Source of the DNA: the human T2T-CHM13v2.0 reference genome, Homo sapiens
Reading direction: 5' to 3' (one strand)
Length of the DNA: 64,000 bases
Assembly (NCBI RefSeq): GCF_009914755.1
Contig: NC_060932.1
Shown: positions 1-13,445 of the stretch, piece by piece
How positions within the stretch are numbered: position 1 is the stretch's first letter
Layout of the letters: every line of letters starts with the position of its first letter
Translations under genes and position numbers: made by a program
Notes under the pieces: generated by a model
Database searches by the model: none
Seen by the model: the letters and a program-made list of their open reading frames with translations, nothing else
Told to the model about the DNA's origin: nothing

Positions 1-1080
1 CTACTTTATGGTTATTGTGAATAACGCTGTTCTGAACATTTGCACAAGTTTTCGTATGGACATATGTTTTCATTTTTTCTGGTAAACCCATTCATTTTTC
101 CTGTTATAACCCAAGAGTGGAACTGTTGTGTTGTATGGTAACTCTGTTTAACATTTTGAGGAAGCGTCAAACTCTTTTCCAAAGTGGCCACATCATTTTA
201 CATCCTCACCCGCAAAGTATGAGGGTTCCAATGTCTCCACAGCTTCACTAATATTTTTTACTATTTGTTTTTAAATTATAATTATTTTAGTGGGTTTTTT
301 AAAATTTACATTTCTCTGATGACTAACATTGTGGCCATTTGTATGTCGTTGTTTGAGAAATGTCTGTTCAAGTCTTCTGCCAATATTGAAATTAGTTTGT
401 CTTTTTACTGTTGAGTTGTAAGAGTTTTTGTTTATTTCTTTTTTCTAGAGACCAGGTCTTGCTATGTTGCCCAGGCTGGTCTCGAATTCTTAGGTTCAAG
501 TAATCCTCTTGCCTCAGCTGCCCAAAGTGCTGGGATTACAGATGTGAGCCACCACACCTGGCCAAGACTTTTTATACATTCTGGATAGGAGTCCAATGTC
601 AGACATATAATTTGAACATATTGTATTTTCTCTCATTCTGTAGGATATCTTTTTTACTTTTCCTATGATATTCTTTGACACAAAGTTTTTAAATTTGATG
701 GGGTCCAATTTATATATTTTTTTCTTTTATTACTCATGCTTTTGGTGTTGTGTCTAAGAAACTATTCCCTAATCCAAGGTTACAGTCCACATGCCTGTTT
801 TCTTCTAGGAGTTGTATAGTTTTAGTTATTACATTTAGCTCTATGATCCATTTTGAGTTTATTTTTATATACAATTGAAGGAGGTGGTCCAGTTTCATTC
901 TTTGCATGTGGATATTCAGTTGTCTCTGCACCATTTGAAAGAGACTATCCTTCCCCCTATAGAAGTGTTCTGACACCCTCGTCAAATATCAACTGACAAT
1001 AAATGTGAGGGATTATTTATGGATTCTCAATTCCATTCCACTGGTCTATCTGTCTCTCCTCATGGCTGTACCACACAGTC
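1..1080 (-). mobile_element. Old LINE-1 (L1MA/L1MB-type) ORF2 end/3' region, interrupted by an Alu monomer
   Basis: Typical antisense L1M text (ttccaaagtggc...cattttacatcc; ttgcatgtggatattcagttg). The minus ORF 734-985 resembles degenerate ORF2 (INSKWIIELNV..KTIQLLEEN). Confidence 0.85.
432..563 (-). mobile_element. Alu monomer (FLAM-like)
   Basis: gagaccaggtcttgctatgttgcccaggctggtctcgaattc...gtgagccaccacacctggcc preceded by a T-rich tail; one arm only. Confidence 0.85.
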
Positions 1081-1204
1081 TTGTGGGGAGCTGCACAGGG
1101 CGCACATGGTCTTAGCTTGGAAGCTGAAGAAGATTCTGAACGTCCCTACTCACATCTGGGGCTGTTAATAAGTTGCACTCCTGTAGCAGTCACTCCATGA
1201 CCGT

Positions 1205-1335
1205 CACACTCTGTTTTACAGGTAAGCAAAATGAGATTTAGAAAAGTAAAATGCTAGGCAAGTCATGCATAAATCTTAGATTTGAATCCAGTTCTGAGTC
1301 TAGAGCCTATATTCTGAGTTGTTGTGCTATATTAC
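1205..1335 (-). mobile_element. MIR fragment
   Basis: ctgttttacaggtaagcaaaatgag...gatttgaatccagttctgagtctagagcc resembles the antisense MIR core. Confidence 0.55.
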
Positions 1336-1419
1336 CTCTATTTCCTTAAGTACATGGGCTTAAAGAAATGGTAACTTATCAACAAATATTTATAGATTAA
1401 ATAGATGGTTCTTTTTGAA

Positions 1420-1700
1420 TAACACCACCATCTTTCCAGTTGTCCAATCCAGTAACCTGGAGTCATCTTCAATTTCCTGCCTTGCCTATTTCCTCTACTT
1501 TTAATTGGTGACCTCTTCCTGTCCATCTTAACTCTTTAACATTTTTATAATTTGTCTCCTCATCTCCAGTGTTGCAGTCTTTGTCAGAACATCTTTCACC
1601 TAAGCCACTTCAATGGCTTTCTAACTGGTGTTCATGCCTCTAACCTTCCCCACGCCCCATTCTCCTCATCAATTTTCTACAGAATAAAATTACAAAATTA
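1420..1700 (+). mobile_element. L2 fragment
   Basis: ccagttgtccaatccagtaacctggagtcatcttc...ctaactggtgttcatgcctc resembles the L2 3' region. Confidence 0.6.
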
Positions 1701-3715
1701 TACCTTAGCATAGAATTCTTGAATATCTTTCTACTTCTCCATTTGGAATTATGTAGTACCGTAAATTAAGCCGAGTTTTTGTGCATACTAATACATTCAT
1801 TAGTAATGTCCTCCTTTCTTTGTCCACTTATTGAACAGCTGCTTATCTTCTAATACTTGCTTTACATTTTGTATCTTCTAGGAATTATTTATAAATTATT
1901 GAATATACCTATGCTCACATTAAACACTTAATTTGACCATAAATAATTTACTTCATATTGTGGTTTTGGTCATTATGAAGGAATCTTTTTCTATTTTCAT
2001 TATGAATGAGTGTTCCCATTTACCTTTACAGGTTAAAAAAATAGTTTCTTGTATATTTAAGGATTTTAACAAAGAGTTTGGTTAGCTAGTTAAGCAGCAC
2101 CCTCAGACTAGATGATAACTGCTTAGCATCATAGCAGACTGTGTCAAAGCTAGTGGTGAGGGATCTCGTGAGACATTTGTACCAAGTAATAATTAAAGCC
2201 CTAAAGTTTTTATGATAATTATTTCTAAGTCAGAGTGGATTTGTGATAATGTTATGCTCCCATTCTCGCCTTTGGTTATACTTTCTTAAGTGAGAAAGAA
2301 AAGGATGGAATAATGGCTATTCAATAGAAAATTATTACCATGAAAATGTGGTACTCATGAATACGCCTTGTGGTAGAAAAAAATAGTGAGCAATGCCACC
2401 TACAAAGTGTGTCACACAGTTCACATTATTGGGTAGTACATTGAAGATCGTGTAAAAATACCTTCACAGGCACATAAGAAAGAGGAACCTCCTGTGAATT
2501 CTCCTTCTGACATTTTCCTGTTTGACTAGGTTTATGTCTGGTTTGGGGAAACCCTTGCCAGAAGTCAGTGCAGCAGCTGTGAGACTAATATTCATTGCCA
2601 ATTCCATGAAGTCAGACTCTGACCCAGCTCACCCTGATTAGATTTCCTTTGAGGGCTGTGTGCTTGAGCCATGCAAAAGTAGAGTGGTCCCCACACAAAA
2701 CCTCTCTCCTTAATCCTTAATTACTTCCTCTACATGGACATGCTTCAAAGAACCTGGATTGGTTGCAAAACAGGAAGTTGCCCAAGGGTCTCTGCCATTG
2801 ATTGTAACAGATTGACTTTTTTTGTAGGCATCCTGAATTTTCAATACTTTTTCTTCTATGCAAGGTCTACCTTCATGAGTATTCCTCAGAGCCTTTCTAA
2901 ATGCTGAGGTTTCTGAAACACCCCTCCACCTCTCTAGGGAAAAAAACCCCTCCTCTTTTTTTTCATACACACTTTTGAAGGTGTCTTGACTGTTAATTCT
3001 TTAAACACCATTACTATTTCATAAACAGAACTCTGGGTGATAGAGTACCACTGGCTTACCACAGTGTTCAAGGCAGGAGGACTGGCAAGAAGTGTGGGCA
3101 TGGAGAAGTGAGATTCCCAAATTGCTTTTACTGTTCCCTGTTGATTTTTTTGCTTTATTTTTCCCTGTTGATTTTGTTTGATTTGAACACTCTGTAAGAC
3201 CCAGAAGATACTTTATTTCTTGACAACATTAAGGGTGACTTCTTAGATCCAGGGAGCCATGCTCCCAAACCAGCATGAGCAGAGTACATGATATTAAACT
3301 TATTGCATTATCAATTAAGTAATCTTTATTAGGAGTTCATATGGGTAGAAACAGCACTAAAAATGGAAGTAATGGTGATTTCCATACTGACATGGGTCAT
3401 AATAAAGTTTATAATATTAAAATACCTTTCTTCTAAGGGAGTTTCTTATCCCTGAGCCCCCTCCCTTAGAGCAGAGGGCCCTCAGCTTCTTACTGGAGAA
3501 GAACTAGCTGGTGAACTTATCCCAGGAAACGGGCTTAGGGGTGTGTGGGGTGAGGCTGGGGACTGTTTAAGAGGGGTCTAGGGATTTTTTAAAATAAAAA
3601 CAAAATTTTCATTAAAAAAATTACATGTACATGATTGTAAATGCAAAACAAAAATAAAAGATATAGAGTGAAAAAATAGAGTATTATGAAGTCTCTCATG
3701 ATTTCTTTAGCAGTG

Positions 3716-4179
3716 TGTATGAGTTTCCTAAGACTGCCATAAAAATTACAACAAACTTGGGTGGCTTAAAACAACAGAAATATATTCTTTCACAGAAGGC
3801 CAAAAGTCTGAAATCAGGCTGTTAGCAGGAACCTGCTCTTCCTGGTAGCTTTTGGTGGTTGCTGGTAATCTTTGGCATTCCTTTGTTTGCAGCTGCATAA
3901 CTTCAGTCCCTGCCTCCGTAGTCATGTGCCTTTCTCCGTGTGTGTGTTTGTCTTCACATCAGGTTCTCTTCTGTGTGTCTGTCTCTGTATCTCTTCTCTT
4001 CTTATAAGGCAACCAGTTATATTGGGTTAAGGGCCCACCCTGCTTCGGCGTGACCGAATCTTAATATATATCTTAATTATATCTGTAAAAACCCCATTTC
4101 CAAATAAGGTCACATTCATAGATAACAGTGGTTAGGACTTCAGTGTATCTTTTCGGGGCATACAAATCAGCTTACAACA
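3716..4179 (-). mobile_element. MLT1-family (MaLR) solo LTR
   Basis: tgtatgagtttcctaagactgccataaaaaattacaacaaacttgggtggcttaaaacaacagaaat...aataaggtcacattc...tacaaca, with TG..CA ends. Confidence 0.85.
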
Positions 4180-4433
4180 CAATCTATTGCTATCACAAAA
4201 GGACACCTCCATTGTTATTAGTTTCTGATGGTCTTTTTGGACTTAGGTTCATGTGGTATGATCAAAAGAAAGTGCCAGATATTAAGACAAATGCTAACAA
4301 TTGTAAATTGATATTATTGTTATTCTCATTGAAGTAGCTATACAGGAAACCAAATTCTTGTTCTATTAATGCTTCCTTTGCTCAATATTTTTGGGAATTT
4401 CTCTTTGTAAAATGACTTAAGAGAAATGGTGAG

Positions 4434-4620
4434 AGTGGGCTTGGTGGCTTGTGCCTGTTATTGCTGCTACTTAGGAGGCTGAAGTGGTAGGAGGATTTGT
4501 TGAGGCCAAGGGTTTGAGACCAGCCTGGGCAAAATTGTGAGACCCTGTATCTAAAAACAAAAACAAACAAACAACAACAACAACAACAAACAAAAAAAGA
4601 AAGAAGGGAAAGAGAGAGAG
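4434..4620 (+). mobile_element. Alu monomer (FLAM-like) with A/CAA-rich tail
   Basis: ggtggcttgtgcctgt...gaggctgaagtggtaggaggatt...gagaccagcctgggca followed by (CAA)n/A tail. Confidence 0.8.
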
Positions 4621-5754
4621 AATTATTTGAACATCTTCAAATTGTGGCACATGTGCATTGTTTGAAGCTGTGCTAGGGAAAGAGGTTAGACTAGGTTGGC
4701 CAAGAGCTGGGGCTTCAACTTCCCAGCTGAGTGACTGTGTTAAGCTCTGGCTATTACCTCCAAGCAGAGGAAAACTAAAGAATCTTCTCATGCCAACGAG
4801 TCATTTCTCTGTGGCTTCAACCATAAAGTTTCTATGTTTCACTGTTAAAAAGCAGGAACCTGGCCACCTCAGTCCTTTTTTCCTGGTCTGCTGTCCGCTG
4901 ATTGTGGTGGCCAGGGCACATAGCCGCATTTGAGATGGGTGACCCGGTATTAAGAAAAGTATTCGCTTGACATGAGGCCCTCACAGATGCTGCCTAGCAA
5001 GATTTGCTTGGGTCCAAGGACGGAACAAGACGTCTCCCTTCCTCAGGGTCTCTCAGTTCTTATAGATTCATTTTCCACCACAGTGTGTGTTCTTTAGTCA
5101 AAGCAATCTCTTTACATGTATGCATAACCCTCATCTCTTACGTTTGCCGGACATGTGTGCTCTGATACACCCCATGTCCAGGAACACCCTCTTCTAATCT
5201 TAGGATATCTGCTGGAGGGCAAAGGAAGCCCTCCCCACATCTGTCCTGTGACCCACCTCTATTACCATTTGGACATGGTGCAGGGAGAGTTTTAGAATGT
5301 GGGTCTGGTGGCAGACTGCTGAAATTTGAACTGTTTTTGTGCTGTACTATCAGTGGGATGTTGTGTAATTTACTTAACCACACTGTCACTTAGTATAATG
5401 AACTTTATAGTGGGGTAATAACAGTATCTACCCGATAGGGTTGGTATGAGGAACCTATGAAATAATACTCAGAACAACTCCTGGCTCTGTTCAATGAATT
5501 CTTCCAATTAATAACAGTAGTGACAGTAATAATCACATCTTGACTTCCAGTCTCTCCTATTTTTCTCCCCCTGTCCCCAGATCCCCTTTTTGGATCTTTG
5601 TTTTTCTCCTGTGATTGGCCGGGAACTGGAGGTTGAGAATCCCAGGACCCTGTTCTGGGTACCCTAGTTCAGTAGGTACCCAGTAAGGCACCATTACCTT
5701 TGCCAGGGGTAAGGGGTGAGGAAAGGATAAACAGGCAGAGCACATAGGATGTTA

Positions 5755-6060
5755 ATGGCAGTGAAAATAGTCTGTACGATACCATTAATGATGGCTACAT
5801 GTTATTATACTCTTGTCCAAACCCATAAAATGTACAACAACAAAAGGGATCCCTAATATAACCTATGGATTTGGGTAAAAATGACATGCCAATGTAGGTT
5901 CATCAATTGTAACAAGTGTGTACCATTCTGGTGGGAGATATCGATGATGGGGGAGGCTATGCATGCGTGAGGGGAGGGAATATATGGGATATCTTTGTAC
6001 GGTCATCTTAATTTTGCTGTGAGTCTAAAACCACTCTAAAAAATAAAGTCTTTAAAAAAT
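5755..6060 (+). mobile_element. L1MC-type 3' end
   Basis: tgtccaaacccataaaatgtacaac...gtaggttcatcaattgtaacaa...ctaaaaccactctaaaaaataaag. Confidence 0.75.
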
Positions 6061-7259
6061 AGTAAGTTAAAAAACGCACATTTTGTATTCTGTTCCATAA
6101 TACATAATTTTTGTTTTAATATACAGTTTCTCCAAAAATTTCAAGTAAAAATGACATTTTATAATAATGAAATTTGCTGGTAGTAGGTGAAAGCAGCACA
6201 GAGTAAATGTTCAATTAATGTTAATTAATTTTATTTTATCGTCTTCCTTTCCAGAGAGGGGTGCTCTGAGGAACAAATATTATTTAGGTTCCTACATATG
6301 TACATGGAAAGAAAAAAGTCTGGAATATAATGGCAGGATAAGTAACTTCCAGCAAGAGGATGGGAGCAGGAAGAGGTACTTCAAACCTTTGTTCTACTTA
6401 TTCGTGTGTAGTTTGGATTTTTAAAAACGTTTCTAATCAACATGTTCATATATTACATGTGTGTTTAGAAATAAATTATAAGAAGCAAAAAAAAGAATAA
6501 AAACTCAATTTCTTTATAAAAAATAAGAAAATTGGAGAAATTTAGGACTAACATAAGGTTAGTAGATAAGAAGTGACTATAATTTGAATTGGTACTGATT
6601 TTATCTCTTTGATTCTAAGGTACATGATCTGATGTTTAAAAAAATAAACAGCTTTCTGTTCATTGTAGCAGCTGTTTACTTGAAAAAATCTAAAAAATAT
6701 AGCCAATTAATAAGCTATTTAGAGCATATTATGAAGAATAAAAGAAATGATTAATTTTCTTAATCCCAGTTGGTCGCGATTATTAGAAAATTAAATGGCT
6801 TAAAGGAATTTCTCAAAAGGAAGTTTTCAGAGTGATTGCAATTTAGAACCAAAGGAAAATCAGTTGCAAGTAAAGTTTCGACAATGTTTATACAAATAGC
6901 TATCTTGCTTGTATGTTTTCATGTCTATGTCTGGATAACGTCATGAAAACAAGAAACATAAACATGATAGTGCAATTTTGAATATTATTTTCTTAAGGGT
7001 TTTATTTAATGTTGTAATAGATTAGCCTTTAAAAAAACCTGATTATTATATGAAAAACTTAAAAATTTTTATTTTATTTTCCTATTCATTTCATTTATTT
7101 TTGTCTTAGTTTTGTAATCAAGTGATTTTATGTATGAAAATTAACACAAAAATTGAGGATAAAATTACCTCATATGCTTTATTTATTATTTTAAAGTTTC
7201 ACTTTAATTTTTCACTTTTTAAAAGCAAGTTTTCTTTTTTCTCTTTTTCCTTACACCAG

Positions 7260-7356
7260 TTCTAATAACTTTTTAAAAGTGAGATAGGCCATTTTGGAGA
7301 AGAAGAAATACTTCCGTGTGATTATTTGACACCAACAATGCAATGAATGCGGAGAG
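7260..7356 (+). other. Candidate 97-nt exon (non-coding or 5'UTR-type)
   Basis: Long polypyrimidine tract tttcttttttctctttttccttacaccAG ends at 7259; donor GAG|GTGCGT at 7357. Stops occur in all three frames in the 5' part; ATGs lie near the 3' end. Confidence 0.3.
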
Positions 7357-7610
7357 GTGCGTTTAAATTATTTTTTCAATTCGAATACAATAATCTGTGG
7401 AAATCACATGGGGACAGATGCTCCTGAGAAATTACTATATTTCTAAACAAGGTTGGAATTTCCTACAGAATGAGAATTAAGCATTGTTAAGCACTTCAAA
7501 ATTAACAACTCAGCAGAAATCATGCAACTAGGTATAAAAAAAATGTTCAAATTCAATAATATAAAAATTCTAATTAAAAATTAAAGAGAAACTATTATTA
7601 ATAAAGTTTA

Positions 7611-7978
<368 letters not shown>

Positions 7979-8419
7979 CCAAATTTCAAATAGGTAATAA
8001 AATTTCTATGATATTATTGTCATAATGTTAAGTAATTATAAAAGTCCCCAAATTATACATAAATGATTATTATAAATGTATTATAATAAAGTAGTTATTT
8101 TTGTAAAATATTGTGATTGCTTTTTAAATTCAGGACATAATAAATGTTATGACTATCAATGACATCAGCAGTGTCTTGTACAAGATCAAACTTGAGATGA
8201 TGTGAATAAAACCACAAGCAATCTTACATTATTTTCAATGAATTTCTACATAAGATGAGAGAACAGTCATGCTTGAAGCTTGTTTTTGTAACAAATTATG
8301 AATAGGTATTAAAATAAATGCTTATTATCATAGCTGGAAAAGATCCATTGCATATGGATGTTCAAATTGTTCCATATTATCTAGTTTGATATATAAAATC
8401 TTGTGATATCAGTAGAACA

Positions 8420-8570
8420 GGTAAAATTAGTCCTCATTTCATAGATGAAGTAAAATTTGAGTTTAAATGACTTGCTCAAGTCAAACAATTGGCTACTGAA
8501 TAAGGAAGCAGGGACTAAAGGCCAGGTTTGCTGACCTTGGTTTAGTAAGTTTCATTTCCATTATTCCACC
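8420..8570 (-). mobile_element. MIR fragment
   Basis: ctcatttcatagatgaagtaaaatttgag...tgacttgctcaagtc. Confidence 0.55.
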
Positions 8571-8637
8571 AGGAAATTTACATATAATTAAATGTACTTC
8601 TTTTAGTATACTTTGTTTTCTGAAAAAGTTTGTGTAG

Positions 8638-8946
<309 letters not shown>

Positions 8947-8974
8947 TATTATTATTTTTAAATGCGTGCTTTTA

Positions 8975-10166
8975 TTAGGTTGGTGCAAAAGTAATTGCAG
9001 TTTTGGACCATTAATTTTAAATCATTATAACTAGGCTCAAACACATCTTTATCAATCAAAATAGGAACCATTACAATCAACACATTTTTGAGAAATGTGT
9101 GTTTAATCCTGTAGAGTAAAAATCCATACTTTGAGGTTCAATGAACTCTTGGTAAGCATTTTCTGCATTATGCTGGTTGTGGAAGTGTTTTCCCTGCAAA
9201 ATGTTGTGGAGGTGCTTGAAGCGGTAGTAGGCAGCCAAAGGTTAGGTAAATATGGCAGATGAGGCAAGATTTCGTAGCCAAATTTGAAGCGTTGGTTGGG
9301 CAACGTGCGGTTAGGTGTTGTTGTGGAGAATTGGGCCCTTTCTGTTGACCAATTCTGGCTTCAGGCATTGCAATTTTCGGTGCATCTCATCGATTTGCTG
9401 AGCATGCTTCATGCTTCTCAGATGTAATGGTTTTGCTGGGATTCAGAAAGCTGTAGCGGGTCAGACTGGCAGCAGACCACCAAACAGTCACTATGACCTT
9501 TTTTTGGTGCAAGTTTGGCTTTGGGAAGTGCTTTGAAGATTCTTCTTGGTCCAACCACTGAGCTGGTCATCGCTGGTTGTCATAGAAAATCTCCTTTTTT
9601 ATCATATGTCACAATCCAATAGAGAAATGGTTCATATTGTTGCGTAGAAGAGGAGAAGACGAAACTTAAAAACGACGAAGTTTTTTGATTTTCGATCAGC
9701 TCATGAGACACCCACTTATGGAGCTTTTCCACCTTTCCAATTTCGGCTTCAATGATTGCTCTCGATTAGTCGTTATCAACTTCTGATGGCCAGACACTGC
9801 GCTCCTCATCTTCAAGGCTCCTAGCTCCTTTGCAAAACTTGACCCACCACTGCACTGTATGTTTATTAGCGGTTCCTGGGCCAAACGCGTTGTTGATATT
9901 GCGAGTTGTCTCCGCTGCTTTACGACCCATTTTGAACTCAAATAAGAAAACTGTTCGAATTTGCTTTTTCTCTAATTTCCATAGTCTAAAATAAACACAA
10001 ATTAAACAGCAAACAATAAGTTATTAGCAAAAATAAATAAATAGAGAGATACCCATTAAAATGATGTATAACATAACCACATCTATTTAAGAGTGTATTC
10101 CAATATCAAATGGCAAATTTCAGCAATGCAAAACCCACAATTATTAATATGTTTGCACTCATCTAA
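8975..10166 (-). mobile_element. Hsmar1 mariner DNA transposon, near full-length, transposase disrupted
   Basis: TA|TTAGGTTGGTGCAAAAGTAATTGCAGTTTT terminal inverted repeat (TIR) at 8975 and a degenerate opposite TIR ending ...atctaa|TA at 10166. Minus-strand fragment GYEILPHLPYLPNL matches the mariner HPPYSPDL motif. Frameshifts and internal deletions. Confidence 0.92.
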
Positions 10167-10189
10167 TAGTTATAGAACCTCTTTCTGAA

Positions 10190-11230
10190 CCTTAAATTTT
10201 CTCTATGGCAAGATATTAAGTGAAAAATTATATTTCTGTAATAAATATATGGTTCTGTAGGTTTTGTATTTATTTTCTCTTTAGTGAGCTTAGGTAATTA
10301 GTATCATTAGAGGAATTTGTCCATTCATCCAAGGTGTCCAATCTGTGGGCCCAAAGTTGTTGGTAGTATTTCTTTATTATCTTTTAAACATTCATAAGGG
10401 CTGTAGTTATATTCCCCTTTTCATTCCTGAAACTTTTTTCTGTATGTCTGGCTATAAGTTTATAATATTTTTGGTCTTTCTAAAGCATTAGGTTTTGGTT
10501 TAATTATTTTTTCTCCATTCTTCACTGTTTTCCAGGAAAAAATTATGTTTATCACATAATATTTAATAGAGAACTGTCAAAAGTTGTGTCATGTCTGCCC
10601 CACAAGGCAATTGGGAAGGTCAAAATATGATGTTTTACATGCTACAATTTTGAGACATCGATTTAGTTTAATATATAATAATTATTAATTTAGTAGTAAA
10701 ATCAAATTTAATATATGCAAAATGGTTAATAGTAAAATGGTATTTAAAGGCTTATAATGAAAAACAAGTATTCTCTTTTCTACCCACCACCACCTTGGTT
10801 GCTCTCCCAAAAGCAACTACTTTTAATTTTTTAACTGTTTCTCCTATTAGATACATTAAAGCTTAGCAGTGTAAAAAAATCAAATAACCAGAATAATTCT
10901 AAATAGCCCTAACATTACTGAATCTGAAATGATTCAGTGATTCAGAACCTTAGGGCCATTAGTAAGAATATCAATTGTCATTTTATAAAAGTGCTGATCA
11001 ATACATTTACATAAGACATGGTGGTGGACAACAAAGACCTTTTTGTGTATAGAATTTTTATTTTCACTGAAGACAAAAGTCATCTCTATATCAGGATACA
11101 CAGAGAAAATTATATTGGCATATACTGTTCTTAGGATTGTCTCAACAGCAAAATTGCATATATCCAATAAATGTTTCCTTAAAGTACATTTTGGAAATCT
11201 TTGTCTCAGTAAAGGCGATTCTCTAGTCAC
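10190..11230 (-). mobile_element. Degenerate old L1M/L1ME fragments
   Basis: gaatttgtccattcatccaagg; aaattgcatatatccaataaatgtttc; edges uncertain. Confidence 0.45.
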
Positions 11231-12211
11231 ATTGCCTAGTCATGGTCTTGTGAGAGTAACAGTTAGTGGATCCAGGCTTTGAACTCTGCTTTATACAGAC
11301 CTAGTAATCTAGGCAGAGACTGGATTGAATCCTGTTCACAGTAAGCTTTCCGTTGTCCATGGGTACTTCTGGGATCTAGTAAGCAGAAAGGAGTGTAAGG
11401 TCTCTCTCACACTATCAAAGTTTTATGCTGTTGTCAACACTACATCTTCAAGTTTTATCTGAAGGGGTAGGGACCCAGTTTCAGGGGATACGTTTTTATC
11501 TTGTACAAGATGTCTTATTTTTATTACCTGCCTTGAAATCTTAAGGGACAAGATGTGGGAAGCAAGCATCACTTACTGTTTTTATGATCATATATTAAAA
11601 ATGGATTGTTAATCTTCATCTTAGTTTCATGATCATATGCTGAAAAATGTGCTGTCAAGTTACTCCCAGAGATCACAGAATTTAAATAAAGAAGGATCTT
11701 ATATTTACAATGGTACTATTGGAACTTTTTTTTTTTTTTTTTGCATTAAAGTGGCACGGGAAAAGCTAAAACTGCTTAAATGATGCTGAAAAGACTGCTT
11801 AAGTAATTGGATACGTTGTCAGTGGCTGTCAGGAAGAAGGTCATAGAATACCACAATTCAGTGGTTCTTTATCTGGGTTCGGTGATAAATGCCAGGCTCA
11901 GTTCATTCAGTCAGCTTGCCTCCCTAATGATATGCGGAAGCATTAAAAATGGATTTCTTCTTTGTCAACAGTACATCATGTATAGCTAAAATGAGTGGCA
12001 GTTTTCCACTCTAATTTAGTTCTTAGAATTTTTTTTTAAGTAAGTTGGTACATAAACTTGGCATGTGACATTGGCTATGACTACAGATTTTGAAAAATTT
12101 GTGGGTGTAACTGAAAGATCAAGATTAGCCAGAATCCTTGGGTTAGAGTACTTGCTACTAACTACTGTGTAAACTGGTTAACTAACTAGTAATCTCCCTA
12201 AACTTCAGTTT

Positions 12212-12567
<356 letters not shown>

Positions 12568-12759
12568 TAAACCTGTGATTAAAATATCTTTCTCATAGGA
12601 GATTAGGATGGTTAAATAGAATGACATAGGTGTAATACGTAATAGGTACTCCAAAATGTCTATCTGACCCAAGATAGTAATGCCTTTAAAACAATTTCAA
12701 AAAATTATTTTGTGATGTTCAGTTGAAATTTTTCTAAATAAATCAGACTGGACAATAGC

Positions 12760-13440
12760 AATTATTGGCAGGCTATAGAGCAACACTATAGAGCAACAGG
12801 AACACTCATACAAAGCTGATGAGAGTGAACATTGGCTCAATCACTTAGGAAACATTCTGGCATTACCTAAAGAATATGAAAGGGCCTACCTTACAGTCCA
12901 GTAGTTCTGATCCTAGCTATACAGTACTTCCACACATAGAGAAATCTTTGCCATATGCGCCTGGAGACATAAATCATGCATGATTTTAGCAGCACTGTTT
13001 GTAATAGAAAGGAAAGTAGGAATAACCCATATATCCATCAAAAACAGAATAAACAATAGAATAAACAGCAATAAAAGTGAACTACATCTATCTAAATGAG
13101 CATAAAATTACCTCAGACATAATATTGAGCCAAAAGGAAAGTTAGAATAATATGCAGTATGTGCAGTGTTCCACTTTATAGAAAGTATCAAAACAGGCAA
13201 AACTAAACTACATATTTTAGATTATCTATTTATCTGTCATTGAATTACCTGTCATTTATCTCTCTCTTTCTATCATTTATCTATCTATGCTTAAATAATA
13301 AAGGGAAAAAGAAAACAATTAACATAAAATTTAGGATAGCAGCTACTTTTGGAAAGAAAGAAATGACAGTGGTGGGGGGAACACCAAGGAAACGTCTAAG
13401 AAGCTGGTTTTATCTATTTTTTTAGGGGAAAGTCTGGTAT
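12760..13440 (+). mobile_element. L1ME-type 3' region (continues ~14934-15050)
   Basis: gcagcactgtttgtaatag...aataacccatatatccatcaaaa...aaaacaggcaaaactaaac. Confidence 0.7.
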
Positions 13441-13445
13441 GTAGG

